Part shown: positions 17,577-27,106 of the stretch, in pieces
Position numbering within the stretch: the stretch's first letter is position 1
Layout of the letters: each line of letters starts with the position of its first letter
Source of the DNA: a virus
Reading direction: 5' to 3' (one strand)
IMG/VR virus record: IMGVR_UViG_3300039008_000031
Coordinates: 1-64,000 of that record
Length of the DNA stretch: 64,000 nt
Translations under genes and position numbers: made by a program
Notes under the pieces: generated by a model
What the model was told of the DNA's origin: nothing
Seen by the model: only the letters and a program-made list of their open reading frames with translations
The model's database searches: none

Positions 17577-17605
17577 CATTTCAACTCTAGCGAGGATATA
17601 AACTA

Positions 17606-18787
17606 ATGACCTCCAAGGTACTCCAACTCACTCCCAGTGAAACTTACGAATTCGTTGTTGAAGCTCTGGCATGTCGTCAGATTCCTTACATTGCTGGAAA
17701 ACCCGGCATTGGTAAGTCAGACATTGTTAAACAGGTGGCAAAAGATTCTGGAGCTGTTCTGATTGACATCCGATTGTCTCAGATGCTGCCAGAAGATCTT
17801 ACTGGTTTGCCTGAGAAAGACCCGAAGACAGGCAAAGCAACCTATGTGCCTTTCGATCTGTTCCCTGTTGAAGGGGATGTTGTACCGGATGGGTACAACG
17901 GCTGGATTGTCTTTTTTGACGAACTGTCCTCTGCTTCTGAAGAAGTTATGGCTGCGATCTACAAGGTCTTCCTTGACCGTATGGTAGGCCAGCACAAACT
18001 CCACCCGAAGGTGATGATCATCGCTGCTGGGAACCGTGCAACGGACAGTGCTATTGCCCGTGAACTGCCTGATACCCTGCTGACTCGTATGCTCCCCATT
18101 GAGATGAAGTCTCATGCAAAAGACTGGCTTCTGTGGGCTGACGGTGTAAGCTTCAAAAACCAAGCAGTCATTGATTTCATCAAGAAGAACCAGACAATGC
18201 TCAACTCTTCTCTCGATCCCAAAGATCGTGGGGAGCTGGAAAACACTGCATGTCCTCGTGGCTGGGCTAAAGTTATGGTCCACATGAATCGTCATGAGAA
18301 ACGTGCTCAAGCCAAGGCAAAAGATGCTGTGGATTCCTCTGGTTTGCCGATGGAATCGAACAAGGTTTCCGGTGCTTCTGAGCAAATCTCTACCCTCACA
18401 TATAACCTAATGGCTGCTGCCGTTGGTCATATGAGTGCTCGTGCATTCCGTGAGGAGTATGATGAAAGCATCAAGCTGCCTTATCCGTGGGAAGTGGCTC
18501 AGGCTCCTTCGTCTACCCGTATCCCCACTACAACTGCCGGTAAGGTCAACCTCACTGCCTCTTTGGCAGAATACTTCTTGGAAAGCCCTGAGAACACTCG
18601 TGAGAACGTACTGTCCTACATGAATCGTATGGGTGGGGATCACAGCCCTGTGTTTGTGGAAATGCTGAAAGAAGGTTTGGGGGCTACACCCTCTGACCTG
18701 AAGTTGATCGAAACCGTGTGCAAACGGCTGAACGTAACTTCGATTCCTGATGTCGCCGGAGAGGTCGACAAAGAGTTCCCTTTTTAA
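17606..18787 (+). CDS. AAA+ ATPase (MoxR-like)
   Basis: Walker A is GKPGIGKS, Walker B is WIVFFDELS, and a sensor-like AAGNR is present. It is paired with a downstream vWA protein, as in N4-like phages. Confidence 0.8.
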   Translation: MTSKVLQLTPSETYEFVVEALACRQIPYIAGKPGIGKSDIVKQVAKDSGAVLIDIRLSQMLPEDLTGLPEKDPKTGKATYVPFDLFPVEGDVVPDGYNGWIVFFDELSSASEEVMAAIYKVFLDRMVGQHKLHPKVMIIAAGNRATDSAIARELPDTLLTRMLPIEMKSHAKDWLLWADGVSFKNQAVIDFIKKNQTMLNSSLDPKDRGELENTACPRGWAKVMVHMNRHEKRAQAKAKDAVDSSGLPMESNKVSGASEQISTLTYNLMAAAVGHMSARAFREEYDESIKLPYPWEVAQAPSSTRIPTTTAGKVNLTASLAEYFLESPENTRENVLSYMNRMGGDHSPVFVEMLKEGLGATPSDLKLIETVCKRLNVTSIPDVAGEVDKEFPF

Positions 18788-18874
18788 CTCAACCCCAATT
18801 CATCGGGAAAACCCTCTCTGGTCGGCTATCAAAAATGCGACCTAACCCTTTCAAAGGAAAAGGAGTGTGATAAG

Positions 18875-20104
18875 ATGTCTGTTTCTCAAACCCTAACTGA
18901 AGAGTTTCTCGGAGATGGCCTCGCTAAAGCAGCAGAGTTGTATGAGATCGTTGATGAAATGCTCCAAGTGGACAAACGGTTTGTTGGCATGTCCAAATAT
19001 GTGGCAAACGTAAAGATGTTCTGGACGTATGCTGTACCAACAGCTGCAGCTGCTACTGGACATCTTTTCTTCAATCCGAAGTTCTGGGACAGCCTTCCTA
19101 CTGAAACCAGAAAGACAGTGGTTGCTCATGAGATCTGGCACCTTCTTCTTCGTCACAGTGACAGGGGAGAAGGGATGGATCGGGAAACCTACAACATTGC
19201 TGCAGACCATGTGATTAACCTTGGTCTGGAGGAAGAAGGGTTTACCTTCGATGGGACAACTCCCTGTAAAGATGCCAAATACAAAGGCAAATCTACAGAA
19301 GAGATCTACTCCATCATCTACGCCAAAAAGAAAAAGAACCCTGATAATCCTGAAACCAAAGGACAACCTCATCCTTCTCCTGATGAACTGGAAGATCTAG
19401 TGAAACAGGCGATTGAGGGTTCTGGTAAAGACATTCAGCAAGTTGCTGATCAAGATGCCAAAGAAGCCGATGATGCTGTTGGTAAAGGGATCGGCACCTG
19501 TGCTGGAGGTGAGAACCTTATTTTGGTGGCCGACAGCCAGAAGGTGTTTATCAAGGAAGCAACCTACCACGAGATCTTTGAGGACTATCTGATTGATCCT
19601 CTGAGTGGTGGTAAACGCACCTTCCTTCGCCCTTCTCGTCGTCAACAACCCGGAGGAATGAGGCTTCCGGGAAGGTTCAAAAAACGAGGCAAACACAATC
19701 GTTTGACTCACTTGGTTTATGCTCTTGATGTGTCTGGTTCTATTTCCAAAGCCCAAGCACAGCAGTTTCAGCGTTCTGCCAAGACGTTGAAAGAAACCTT
19801 GAACCCTGAACGCATGACAGTGATCCTTTGGGATACACGTATTGTGTTCGAAAAGACCTTCACCGATACCGAACCTTATACAGACATTCGTGTTCGTGCT
19901 GGTGGAGGTACTAACCTCAAACCTGTGTTCGAACGTGTAGCTCAAATCAACCCAGAAGCTCTAGTCATCTTCACTGACCTTTGTGTTAATATGCCTCCCA
20001 AACCTGCTTGGGACATTATCTGGTTGGTTACTGACAACACTCACAACGCATCAAACGTAACTTACGGGGATGTCTATCGAGTTCCCAAGGAGGAGAATCC
20101 ATGA
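18875..20104 (+). CDS. vWA-domain protein with an N-terminal HExxH metallopeptidase-like domain
   Basis: It has HEIWHLLLRH (an HExxH motif) and a MIDAS-type YALDVSGSIS (DxSxS). It is the partner of the upstream AAA+ ATPase. Confidence 0.75.
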   Translation: MSVSQTLTEEFLGDGLAKAAELYEIVDEMLQVDKRFVGMSKYVANVKMFWTYAVPTAAAATGHLFFNPKFWDSLPTETRKTVVAHEIWHLLLRHSDRGEGMDRETYNIAADHVINLGLEEEGFTFDGTTPCKDAKYKGKSTEEIYSIIYAKKKKNPDNPETKGQPHPSPDELEDLVKQAIEGSGKDIQQVADQDAKEADDAVGKGIGTCAGGENLILVADSQKVFIKEATYHEIFEDYLIDPLSGGKRTFLRPSRRQQPGGMRLPGRFKKRGKHNRLTHLVYALDVSGSISKAQAQQFQRSAKTLKETLNPERMTVILWDTRIVFEKTFTDTEPYTDIRVRAGGGTNLKPVFERVAQINPEALVIFTDLCVNMPPKPAWDIIWLVTDNTHNASNVTYGDVYRVPKEENP

Positions 20105-20616
20105 TCATCAACGGTGATGCTTTGCTTAAAGCAAACCCTATCGTTGGAATGGCAACCAATAAAAAGAGAGTCCATGGTTTGAGCTATGGTCTTTCTGAAG
20201 TTGGGTATGACATCCGAACCAAACAGGAAATCATCTTCAGCCCTCCTCAGTTCCGGCCCATGAACTCTATGCAAGCTTTTGGGTGGACAACTGTAGATGG
20301 TCACACAAAGGTTGGTCGTACTGCTCTGGCTTCAACTGTGGAAGAGTTCCAAATGCCCAACAATCTGTGGGGCGAGATGCGGAACAAATCTACACTGGCC
20401 CGTCAATTCGTGGATGCTGCCATCGGCACAGACATTGAACCGGGTTGGGCAGGTTTCCTGACCCTTGAACTGATCTTCAACGGCCAAGAGAAAATCATCA
20501 TCCCTGCTGGTTCTCCGATTGCAAAAGTGGTTTTCCACGAAATTGCTGAACCAGCAAAGTATGATGGTAAGTATCAGAACCAAGAAGACAAACCTGTGGA
20601 GGCTCGGTTCTCATGA
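20101..20616 (+). CDS. dcd: dCTP deaminase / dUTPase-fold protein
   Basis: It carries GLSEVGYDIR and TDIEPGWAGFLTLELIF, the Dcd-type beta-barrel signature. It has an ATGA overlap with the vWA gene. Confidence 0.7.
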   Translation: MIINGDALLKANPIVGMATNKKRVHGLSYGLSEVGYDIRTKQEIIFSPPQFRPMNSMQAFGWTTVDGHTKVGRTALASTVEEFQMPNNLWGEMRNKSTLARQFVDAAIGTDIEPGWAGFLTLELIFNGQEKIIIPAGSPIAKVVFHEIAEPAKYDGKYQNQEDKPVEARFS

Positions 20617-20888
20617 CCATCCTTTCCACTCACATATTTGCAGCAGTGGCTCTTGCTGCAAATATCTTCGTCTTCCTGATGATTTTATCCATGGAAGGTG
20701 ACATCAAAAGTCTGAGGTTTAAAAACGACAACTTCAATAACCATCTTCGTCGTTGTCAGAACTACATGAAGGTAATCTTTTATGTCATCGTGATAGGAAT
20801 CATCAGCCACATTGCTCTCTTCAAATCTGAGAGCTTCACCATTGAAGTTTATCCCAAGGAGGATCAACCAAGTGTCTACGAAACATAA
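20613..20888 (+). CDS. Membrane protein (91 aa, 2 TM)
   Basis: The TM segments are IFAAVALAANIFVFLMILS and VIFYVIVIGIISHIALF. Confidence 0.55.
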   Translation: MTILSTHIFAAVALAANIFVFLMILSMEGDIKSLRFKNDNFNNHLRRCQNYMKVIFYVIVIGIISHIALFKSESFTIEVYPKEDQPSVYET

Positions 20889-22242
20889 ACCCCGTATCCT
20901 GATCATCGGTCATGGCCGACATGGTAAGGACACAGCAGCAGAACTGCTGCAAGAACTGGCAGAGCTGAACTTCATCAGTTCGTCTCAGTTTGCTCTGGAA
21001 CGTGCTGTCTGGCCTATGTGGGGCAAAGAACGGTACTCGTCTCTGGAAGAGTGCTTTGAAGATCGTCATAACCACCGTGATGTGTGGAAAGGGTTGATCA
21101 AAGCCTACAACACCCCGAACCTGAACCGGATCCACGAAGAAATGTTCGCAGATGGATACAACATGTATGTCGGTATGCGTGATCGTAACGAGTTCTTGGC
21201 TGCCACAGAAAACGGTGTATTTGACGTTGTGGTTTGGATTGATCGTTCCAAACATCTACCACCTGAAGACGAGTCGTCGATGGAACTGAATGCTGAAGAT
21301 GCTGACATCATCGTGGACAACAACCAAGACGTTGAACATCTTCGTAATGGTCTCAAAAATCTGTGTCAGCATATGGAAAGAGGAGGTTTCGATATGGGTC
21401 AAGAAGAAACCAAAGTAGAGCAGGTTGACCTGTCTGTGGTTCCTGAAGGTGCCACCAAACTGCTGGACCACGGTTACATCGTCCTGACCGACAAAGGCGG
21501 CTCGGACGAGAAGATCGCAGAGGCTGCACGTCAGTCCTATGGCCAAGGGACCAAAACAGTCCGTTCTGGTGAAGGTCTGATCCGGTATCTGGTGACGAAC
21601 CACCATACCAGCCCTCTGGAGATGGGGAACCTGACCTTCCAAATGCGTCTGCCTATCTTCATTATGCGACAGCTCGTCCGTCAACGGACTGCCAAACTGA
21701 ATGAATACTCTGGCCGGTACTCGGTGATGCCAGAACTGTTCTACGTACCTGAGACCTCTGAGATCTGCCTGCAACATGCCACCAACAAGCAGGGATCTGG
21801 TGAGCCTCTGGACATTGAACATGCTGAAATGATCCAACATACTATCCGCATTCAAAGCGAAGAGGCTTTTGTCACATATCGTCGTCTGCTGGAAAATGGT
21901 GTCTCTCGTGAGACTGCCCGGATCATCCTGCCTCTGAACACCTACACAGTTGTGACATGGCAAATGGACATGAACAACCTGTTGAAATTCCTGTACCTGC
22001 GGGATGATGAGCACGCACAGTGGGAGATTCAAGTCTACGCACGTGAGATTGCAAAGTTCGTGGAACAGGAATTCCCCCATGTCTATGCAGCTTACATGCG
22101 TCAACGAAGTCGTATCAGTCTGACTGCAGATCAGGTCTTTGCTCTGTTGGCCGGAGTTACTGACCACCTGCCCAAAGGTGAAGCAGCTCAGATCGAAAAG
22201 ATCTGGCTGGATTACTCCAACCGGGTAGCCCAAGAAATTTAG
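20872..22242 (+). CDS. thyX: In-frame fusion: T4 gp1-like dNMP kinase domain + FAD-dependent thymidylate synthase ThyX
   Basis: Start refined to GTG 20872, 9 nt after AAGGAGG. The N-terminal part has the P-loop ILIIGHGRHGKDTAAE plus VGMRDRNEF and VVWIDR, which resemble T4 gp1. The C-terminal part is ThyX-like (LLDHGYIVL..., PIFIMRQLVRQRTAKLNEYSGRYS). No stop codon lies between the two domains. An internal AGGAGG-N7-ATG at 21394 sits at the domain boundary. Confidence 0.75.
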   Translation: MSTKHKPRILIIGHGRHGKDTAAELLQELAELNFISSSQFALERAVWPMWGKERYSSLEECFEDRHNHRDVWKGLIKAYNTPNLNRIHEEMFADGYNMYVGMRDRNEFLAATENGVFDVVVWIDRSKHLPPEDESSMELNAEDADIIVDNNQDVEHLRNGLKNLCQHMERGGFDMGQEETKVEQVDLSVVPEGATKLLDHGYIVLTDKGGSDEKIAEAARQSYGQGTKTVRSGEGLIRYLVTNHHTSPLEMGNLTFQMRLPIFIMRQLVRQRTAKLNEYSGRYSVMPELFYVPETSEICLQHATNKQGSGEPLDIEHAEMIQHTIRIQSEEAFVTYRRLLENGVSRETARIILPLNTYTVVTWQMDMNNLLKFLYLRDDEHAQWEIQVYAREIAKFVEQEFPHVYAAYMRQRSRISLTADQVFALLAGVTDHLPKGEAAQIEKIWLDYSNRVAQEI

Positions 22243-22312
22243 GCTGAGTAGTCAAGCTTAAAAATCCATGGTAGGGGACGGGTAATAATCCTTCCCCTAT
22301 CTGGAGGCCAAC

Positions 22313-23671
22313 ATGCCCCTTATTACTGACCCTGATAACCTGAACCAAGGAACAGAAGTTGTCTTCGATACTGCTGCCAAAACTATTGGTCTAGCGGTTG
22401 CAGGCAACCTATCCAATGATGGTGTAACCCTGAAAGCTCTCTACTCGTTCTGTAAAGAAGAGTGGAAAGATGATGCAAATCTTATCAAATTCCCCTTCCC
22501 ATTTATTCCGATTACGGATGAAAGTTTTGAACTGGTAGAAGGTTGGGATTTTCTCGACACTGCCTCTGAAAGCTTGATCCGTACTGCAGGATGGCGAGTA
22601 GTAAACACCTCTGGTGTTGTTACCCGTATCCGGGCAGGGATCATTTCTCTTGGTGCTGTGGAAGGTGATGATGCCCCTTACCTGAATATGGAAGGGCCTG
22701 TCTCACCTGAGTACCTTACAACCACTTTTAACGGTCCTGTGAACGAGAGCTTTCTGGTTTATGCCGACCCTGCTGGGACTTCTGATCCCACCATCAATCG
22801 TCGAAATGACGCAGCACTGTATGTGCGTGAACAAGGTCAGCTTTATAGCTCAGCTTCTTTGTCCAGCATTGGTGCCTCAAACCTTGCTGCACAGGTTTAC
22901 CGGTTCCCTTTGAATACTGGTCCTGACCTGAAAATCACTCACAGTGACGCACAGATCGACGCTGACGCCCCTTACACAGGGATGTCAATCATCTACCATA
23001 CTGTTGCCCAAGACATCGACATTGGCGGTACCAACCGTCAGTTTGGTATCACTATTGATGCTAACAACGGCACGGCAGAACAAGTGTACGAGTTTGTACA
23101 ACGCCAGCTCCGTCGAACAACCACTATTGGTGTTGGGAACCCTGACCAAGGTGTAATCTCTGATGAGCTTCTGGAGTTTGTCGGTGACAACCTTAAAACC
23201 AAACAAGCAAAGAACCCTGCTGGGGGTGGTACGGGAGTGTATATCACTAACTTTCAAACTGCTGACGTGAACCGTCTAACCTTTGTAGATAATGGAGGGA
23301 CTGAACGGATCTTCCCATTCTCTGCTGCTCTGACGCTGAACTTCAACCCCAACCTTCGGAACGATGCTTCTGCAATCTACAGGGTATTTTACTCTACTGG
23401 TTTCGCATCTGCTGGGGCAGTTCTGGTTCAGGACGGTACAGGCTCAGATATGGCTGGAGATGTGCTTGGCCAATCGTCTGTCACGCTCACCTTTGCTTAC
23501 GATACTAACAACGACAATGGTCGTACTCCGGGTACTCCTGTGCCGGTAACTGTTGTCGCAATTGGTCTGGAAACAGGTCAGTATGTTCTTGCAGAAGGGG
23601 TGATTAACCGTTCTGCATCCAATGCTGTATCTCTTGTTGCTCCGCTGGAACGGAACTACGAGAACGAATAA
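22313..23671 (+). CDS. Structural-like protein (452 aa), probable tail-fibre / receptor-binding component
   Basis: The SD is GGAGG. The composition is Gly/Thr/Asn/Val-rich. The N-terminal module (VVFDTAAKTIGL...LYSFCKEEWK...FELVEGWDF) is paralogous to that of the 182-aa ORF at 26310. The function is inferred from composition and neighbours. Confidence 0.4.
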   Translation: MPLITDPDNLNQGTEVVFDTAAKTIGLAVAGNLSNDGVTLKALYSFCKEEWKDDANLIKFPFPFIPITDESFELVEGWDFLDTASESLIRTAGWRVVNTSGVVTRIRAGIISLGAVEGDDAPYLNMEGPVSPEYLTTTFNGPVNESFLVYADPAGTSDPTINRRNDAALYVREQGQLYSSASLSSIGASNLAAQVYRFPLNTGPDLKITHSDAQIDADAPYTGMSIIYHTVAQDIDIGGTNRQFGITIDANNGTAEQVYEFVQRQLRRTTTIGVGNPDQGVISDELLEFVGDNLKTKQAKNPAGGGTGVYITNFQTADVNRLTFVDNGGTERIFPFSAALTLNFNPNLRNDASAIYRVFYSTGFASAGAVLVQDGTGSDMAGDVLGQSSVTLTFAYDTNNDNGRTPGTPVPVTVVAIGLETGQYVLAEGVINRSASNAVSLVAPLERNYENE

Positions 23672-23692
23672 ACCAAACAAGGGAGTTCCATC

Positions 23693-26299
23693 ATGGCTGA
23701 TTTTTATATTAACACTGATGAAACGATCAGTGCTGCAGTTAGCAGAGGTCTTTCAGACCAAGACCGTATCATTATTAACTCTGGGGCTGTTCTAACTATA
23801 GACCAAACACCTACTATCCTTTTTGGTCGGGTCAACATCAACGAAGGTGAATTGCTCCTTGATGGAGCAAATGCTAGTAACCCTATTGTAATTGTTGGTG
23901 CGGAACAAAAAGAAATCAATGTAAACGGTGCAGGTGTTTTGCGTTCCACATTAGGTTGGTGGGAGTTTCCCACCACAGGAGATGGCACTGTAAATCAAAC
24001 CTTTGATTGTAGTACCTATTTCTCTTCCTCTGGTTCAGCTATCTCTGCAGACGTTATCAACGGTGTCTGGGTAGAGACTGGTCGTAGAATCAACTACAAC
24101 AGTGGATCTGGTATCGCACCTCTGGAGGGAGACTGGGTGTTCAAGTCTTCTGATACTGATGTGATGGGGCGTATTGTGTCTGTGGTTGGTACAGAGACTT
24201 CTGGGTATATGGTGGTTCGTTTCCTCACAGGTTCTTTGGCAGATGGAGATCAGATTGAACTCCACACCATCCAAGATAACAAAGGCCCAGACTATCAAAA
24301 GTCTTGGTTCGGTAATGTTGTTGGTGCCGATGTCTTGGAACCTGATGTGTTCCAAGAATTTGGTAACTGCTTTCAGAACAATACTGATTACCTTTCTCAA
24401 GCTGGATCAGGTATGGCAGGGTTCGTCTTCTCCAACCCTTTCCAGAGCAACACCCTGACCTTCGGAGATGGAACCAACGGCTTCATTGTGCCAAATGGTG
24501 CTCGTGTGAAGATGCCTATGGTACATATCGCAACAGCTACTGCTGTTGACTATGCTGCTGGGAATAGTTCTTGGATTACCGGACTACATAATACTTATGA
24601 GATCGAAACAGCAAATGGTGGTGATTGTTTTTTGTCTGGTGTTTCAATTGGTTCTGCTCATTGGGAGGATAACTTAGGCAACGAATTTCAAGCCAGTTAT
24701 TGTACTGCTCACAGTGGTTTTGGAGTTTATGGTGCCCTTCAAAGAGCTACTTATGATCATTGTATCTTTGTATATGCAGCTGTTGGGGTTGTAAGTCCTG
24801 CCTCCCAATCTATTCCAGCAATTGTTGATATGATTAATGGAGCAGACGTGAGAGATTGTCTTGGGGTGTATTTTTCCAGCGCAAACCTTACTAATCAATT
24901 TGGTGGACAAACCTCCTCAAAGGTCAATTTGGAAAGAATCATCCAAATTGCAGGCAATTCATCTCATGAGTTTGAGATGATCCGTGTGACTGATTTTACC
25001 GCCCATGATGTTGTAATCATTGGTTCTCCGATGCAGTTCACTACCTCTACCAAAGGAAAAGTCACGCTTCTGAAGACTCAGCGTGACATCCTTGGGAACG
25101 TGTCAGGTTCTGACCAAATTATCATTACGAACAGCTCAACGGATGTAGTGATTGAAGGGTGGGAGATTATTCAAGGATCCTGTCCTGATGACACAAAGTA
25201 CACTGTCATTGACAGCAGTAACCTGAAGGTTCGTGGGTTCCATTTCATTGATGACAAGTTCAACAATGACCAAGGAGCCAAAGGTGAAGGTGAGGAGTTT
25301 GCCTCTGTTAACGGGTTCTGTTCTGACATTGAGATTGCTCGTTGTTGGCAGGACAATGGTACTCCTGATGAGTTCATCTTTGTAACTGCAGGTACGGTAA
25401 AGAACCTGTCTGTTCTTAACAGCTCTAGCCTGTATTCTGGAGAAGTTGAGCCAGACGGGATCAACACCTCTTTCCGAGGCCTACATGGTGGTTCTGGGCG
25501 GCTAGGAGCTACCTCTGGTCTTGAAACAGACTTCCCCGGTACTTCTGGTGCTCAGTTTGGGGATCTGTTTGAATCAGACACCACTGGATACATCTACTAT
25601 CGGAATACTCCGGGAACTCTAGAAAACCCTATTAACATCCTCGCAGGAAACCCACGCTTCACCAAAGATGGTGATGTGGATGTAAAAGCAGGAGACCAAT
25701 GGGAAGTGGACATGGGATATGTGGCTTTGGGTCATACCTCTTTCACAGGAGTGATTACCACTACCCGAAACGGTACCCAAGCCAATGAGGGAGTTGACGT
25801 TTGGACTGGTGTGGGTATTGATTTCCAGTATGACGTTGGGGCTGGGTTTAATGGTACTTGGTTGGACCTGAGAACCCCTGCTAACCTGACTGCAATTACT
25901 GGTATGGTTGACGGTATTCGTCTGAAACTTCGCTTTACAGGTGTAGCCACCCAAACCAATGGGCAAGCTTTGTCTATCCATACAACAACTTCTATTGCGG
26001 ATCAGGCAGCAAACCTGCACCCGATTGATGTGGAAGAGTACACCCTTTCTTTGTCTGGTTTGAAACCAAACAGTGAAATCCGTATCTACCGAAAGTCTGA
26101 TATGGAAGAGTTGGCTGGGGTAGAAACCAGTGGAACAGAATTCAGCTATACTTACACCTACTCTTCTGACATTGAAGTGGTCATCGTAATTCATGCTCTG
26201 GGGTTTCTTGCTCAACGTTTCGACCCCTTTACTCTAACAAACAGCAACTCTTCCTTGCCTATTCAGCAGGTTGTAGATCGTCAGTATATGAACCCGTAA
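23693..26299 (+). CDS. Large fibre / tailspike-like protein (868 aa)
   Basis: The SD is GGGAG. The sequence is Gly/Asn/Ser/Thr-rich and beta-strand-like (IIINSGAVLTIDQTP, VNINEGELLLDGANASNPIVIVG). The C-terminal module looks like a beta-sandwich. GC content is lower than in flanking genes. Confidence 0.45.
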   Translation: MADFYINTDETISAAVSRGLSDQDRIIINSGAVLTIDQTPTILFGRVNINEGELLLDGANASNPIVIVGAEQKEINVNGAGVLRSTLGWWEFPTTGDGTVNQTFDCSTYFSSSGSAISADVINGVWVETGRRINYNSGSGIAPLEGDWVFKSSDTDVMGRIVSVVGTETSGYMVVRFLTGSLADGDQIELHTIQDNKGPDYQKSWFGNVVGADVLEPDVFQEFGNCFQNNTDYLSQAGSGMAGFVFSNPFQSNTLTFGDGTNGFIVPNGARVKMPMVHIATATAVDYAAGNSSWITGLHNTYEIETANGGDCFLSGVSIGSAHWEDNLGNEFQASYCTAHSGFGVYGALQRATYDHCIFVYAAVGVVSPASQSIPAIVDMINGADVRDCLGVYFSSANLTNQFGGQTSSKVNLERIIQIAGNSSHEFEMIRVTDFTAHDVVIIGSPMQFTTSTKGKVTLLKTQRDILGNVSGSDQIIITNSSTDVVIEGWEIIQGSCPDDTKYTVIDSSNLKVRGFHFIDDKFNNDQGAKGEGEEFASVNGFCSDIEIARCWQDNGTPDEFIFVTAGTVKNLSVLNSSSLYSGEVEPDGINTSFRGLHGGSGRLGATSGLETDFPGTSGAQFGDLFESDTTGYIYYRNTPGTLENPINILAGNPRFTKDGDVDVKAGDQWEVDMGYVALGHTSFTGVITTTRNGTQANEGVDVWTGVGIDFQYDVGAGFNGTWLDLRTPANLTAITGMVDGIRLKLRFTGVATQTNGQALSIHTTTSIADQAANLHPIDVEEYTLSLSGLKPNSEIRIYRKSDMEELAGVETSGTEFSYTYTYSSDIEVVIVIHALGFLAQRFDPFTLTNSNSSLPIQQVVDRQYMNP

Positions 26300-26309
26300 G
26301 GAGGTCTAA

Positions 26310-26858
26310 ATGCCTATTGTCTTTGACGGTGCGGCACGTACCATTCAACTAGACCCCACGACCTTGTTCTACACTCCAGAAGGTATCTACTCTCGGTGGA
26401 AGCAGTGGGTCATTCAAGGAGACAATGCTAAATGGCCTGCAGCCTTTAGGATTGTTGGTGGGGATCCTTTGGGGGGCGGGTCAACTACCCCCTCCTTCGT
26501 CTTCCTTCAAAACCAAGAAGGATGGAGGATCAAGAAACCAGAAGCGAACATTAACGTCACGATTAATGGAAACCTTGTGAAAGAGGATCCTCAAGGTGGC
26601 TTTGACCTTCCTCCTGATGGAAACTTTAGCCCCTCCTTGACCTTGAATTTGTTCTCTGTAGCTTCTGCAGACGTAATGGGGGAACAGGTTACAGAAGGGG
26701 TCACTCTTCAACAGGTGCTGAAGGAACTATGGCAAATGCGTGGGTTGGATAGCACTAACCCTGTAACTGTGACACCTACCACAGAGACTGTAGACAACAT
26801 TACCTTGGATGTTGGTGGAGATGGTGTAACCAGTTCTACCCTCACTCGGAGGCCCTGA
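26310..26858 (+). CDS. Structural-like protein (182 aa) sharing an N-terminal module with the ORF at 22313
   Basis: The SD is AGGAGG. The segment IVFDGAARTIQL...IYSRWKQWV...FLQNQEGWRI aligns by eye with residues 15-80 of the 452-aa protein. Confidence 0.4.
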   Translation: MPIVFDGAARTIQLDPTTLFYTPEGIYSRWKQWVIQGDNAKWPAAFRIVGGDPLGGGSTTPSFVFLQNQEGWRIKKPEANINVTINGNLVKEDPQGGFDLPPDGNFSPSLTLNLFSVASADVMGEQVTEGVTLQQVLKELWQMRGLDSTNPVTVTPTTETVDNITLDVGGDGVTSSTLTRRP

Positions 26859-27106
26859 TGGTACATCAATCTCTCCTTTCTCGTATCACTTTTGGAAGGC
26901 TATCCCTCCCCGATCTAGGGGGTGGATCTGACACACTGTATGTGGAATATGGGGGTTTGATCCTAGAAGAAGAACCTCACGAACTAGTACAAATTGATGA
27001 ACCTATTCTTAATCTGAACCAAGAAGAAGATCATGTCATTTTGGTTCAAGAGGAGGATAGTCTTGAAACAGTTCTTGAACCAGCAGGAGACATAACAAAT
27101 GACTGA
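26858..27106 (+). CDS. Small very acidic protein (82 aa), possible fibre-assembly factor
   Basis: It has a TGATG overlap with the upstream gene. It contains internal repeats EEEPHELVQ, EEDHVILVQ and EEDSLETVL. Confidence 0.4.
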   Translation: MVHQSLLSRITFGRLSLPDLGGGSDTLYVEYGGLILEEEPHELVQIDEPILNLNQEEDHVILVQEEDSLETVLEPAGDITND

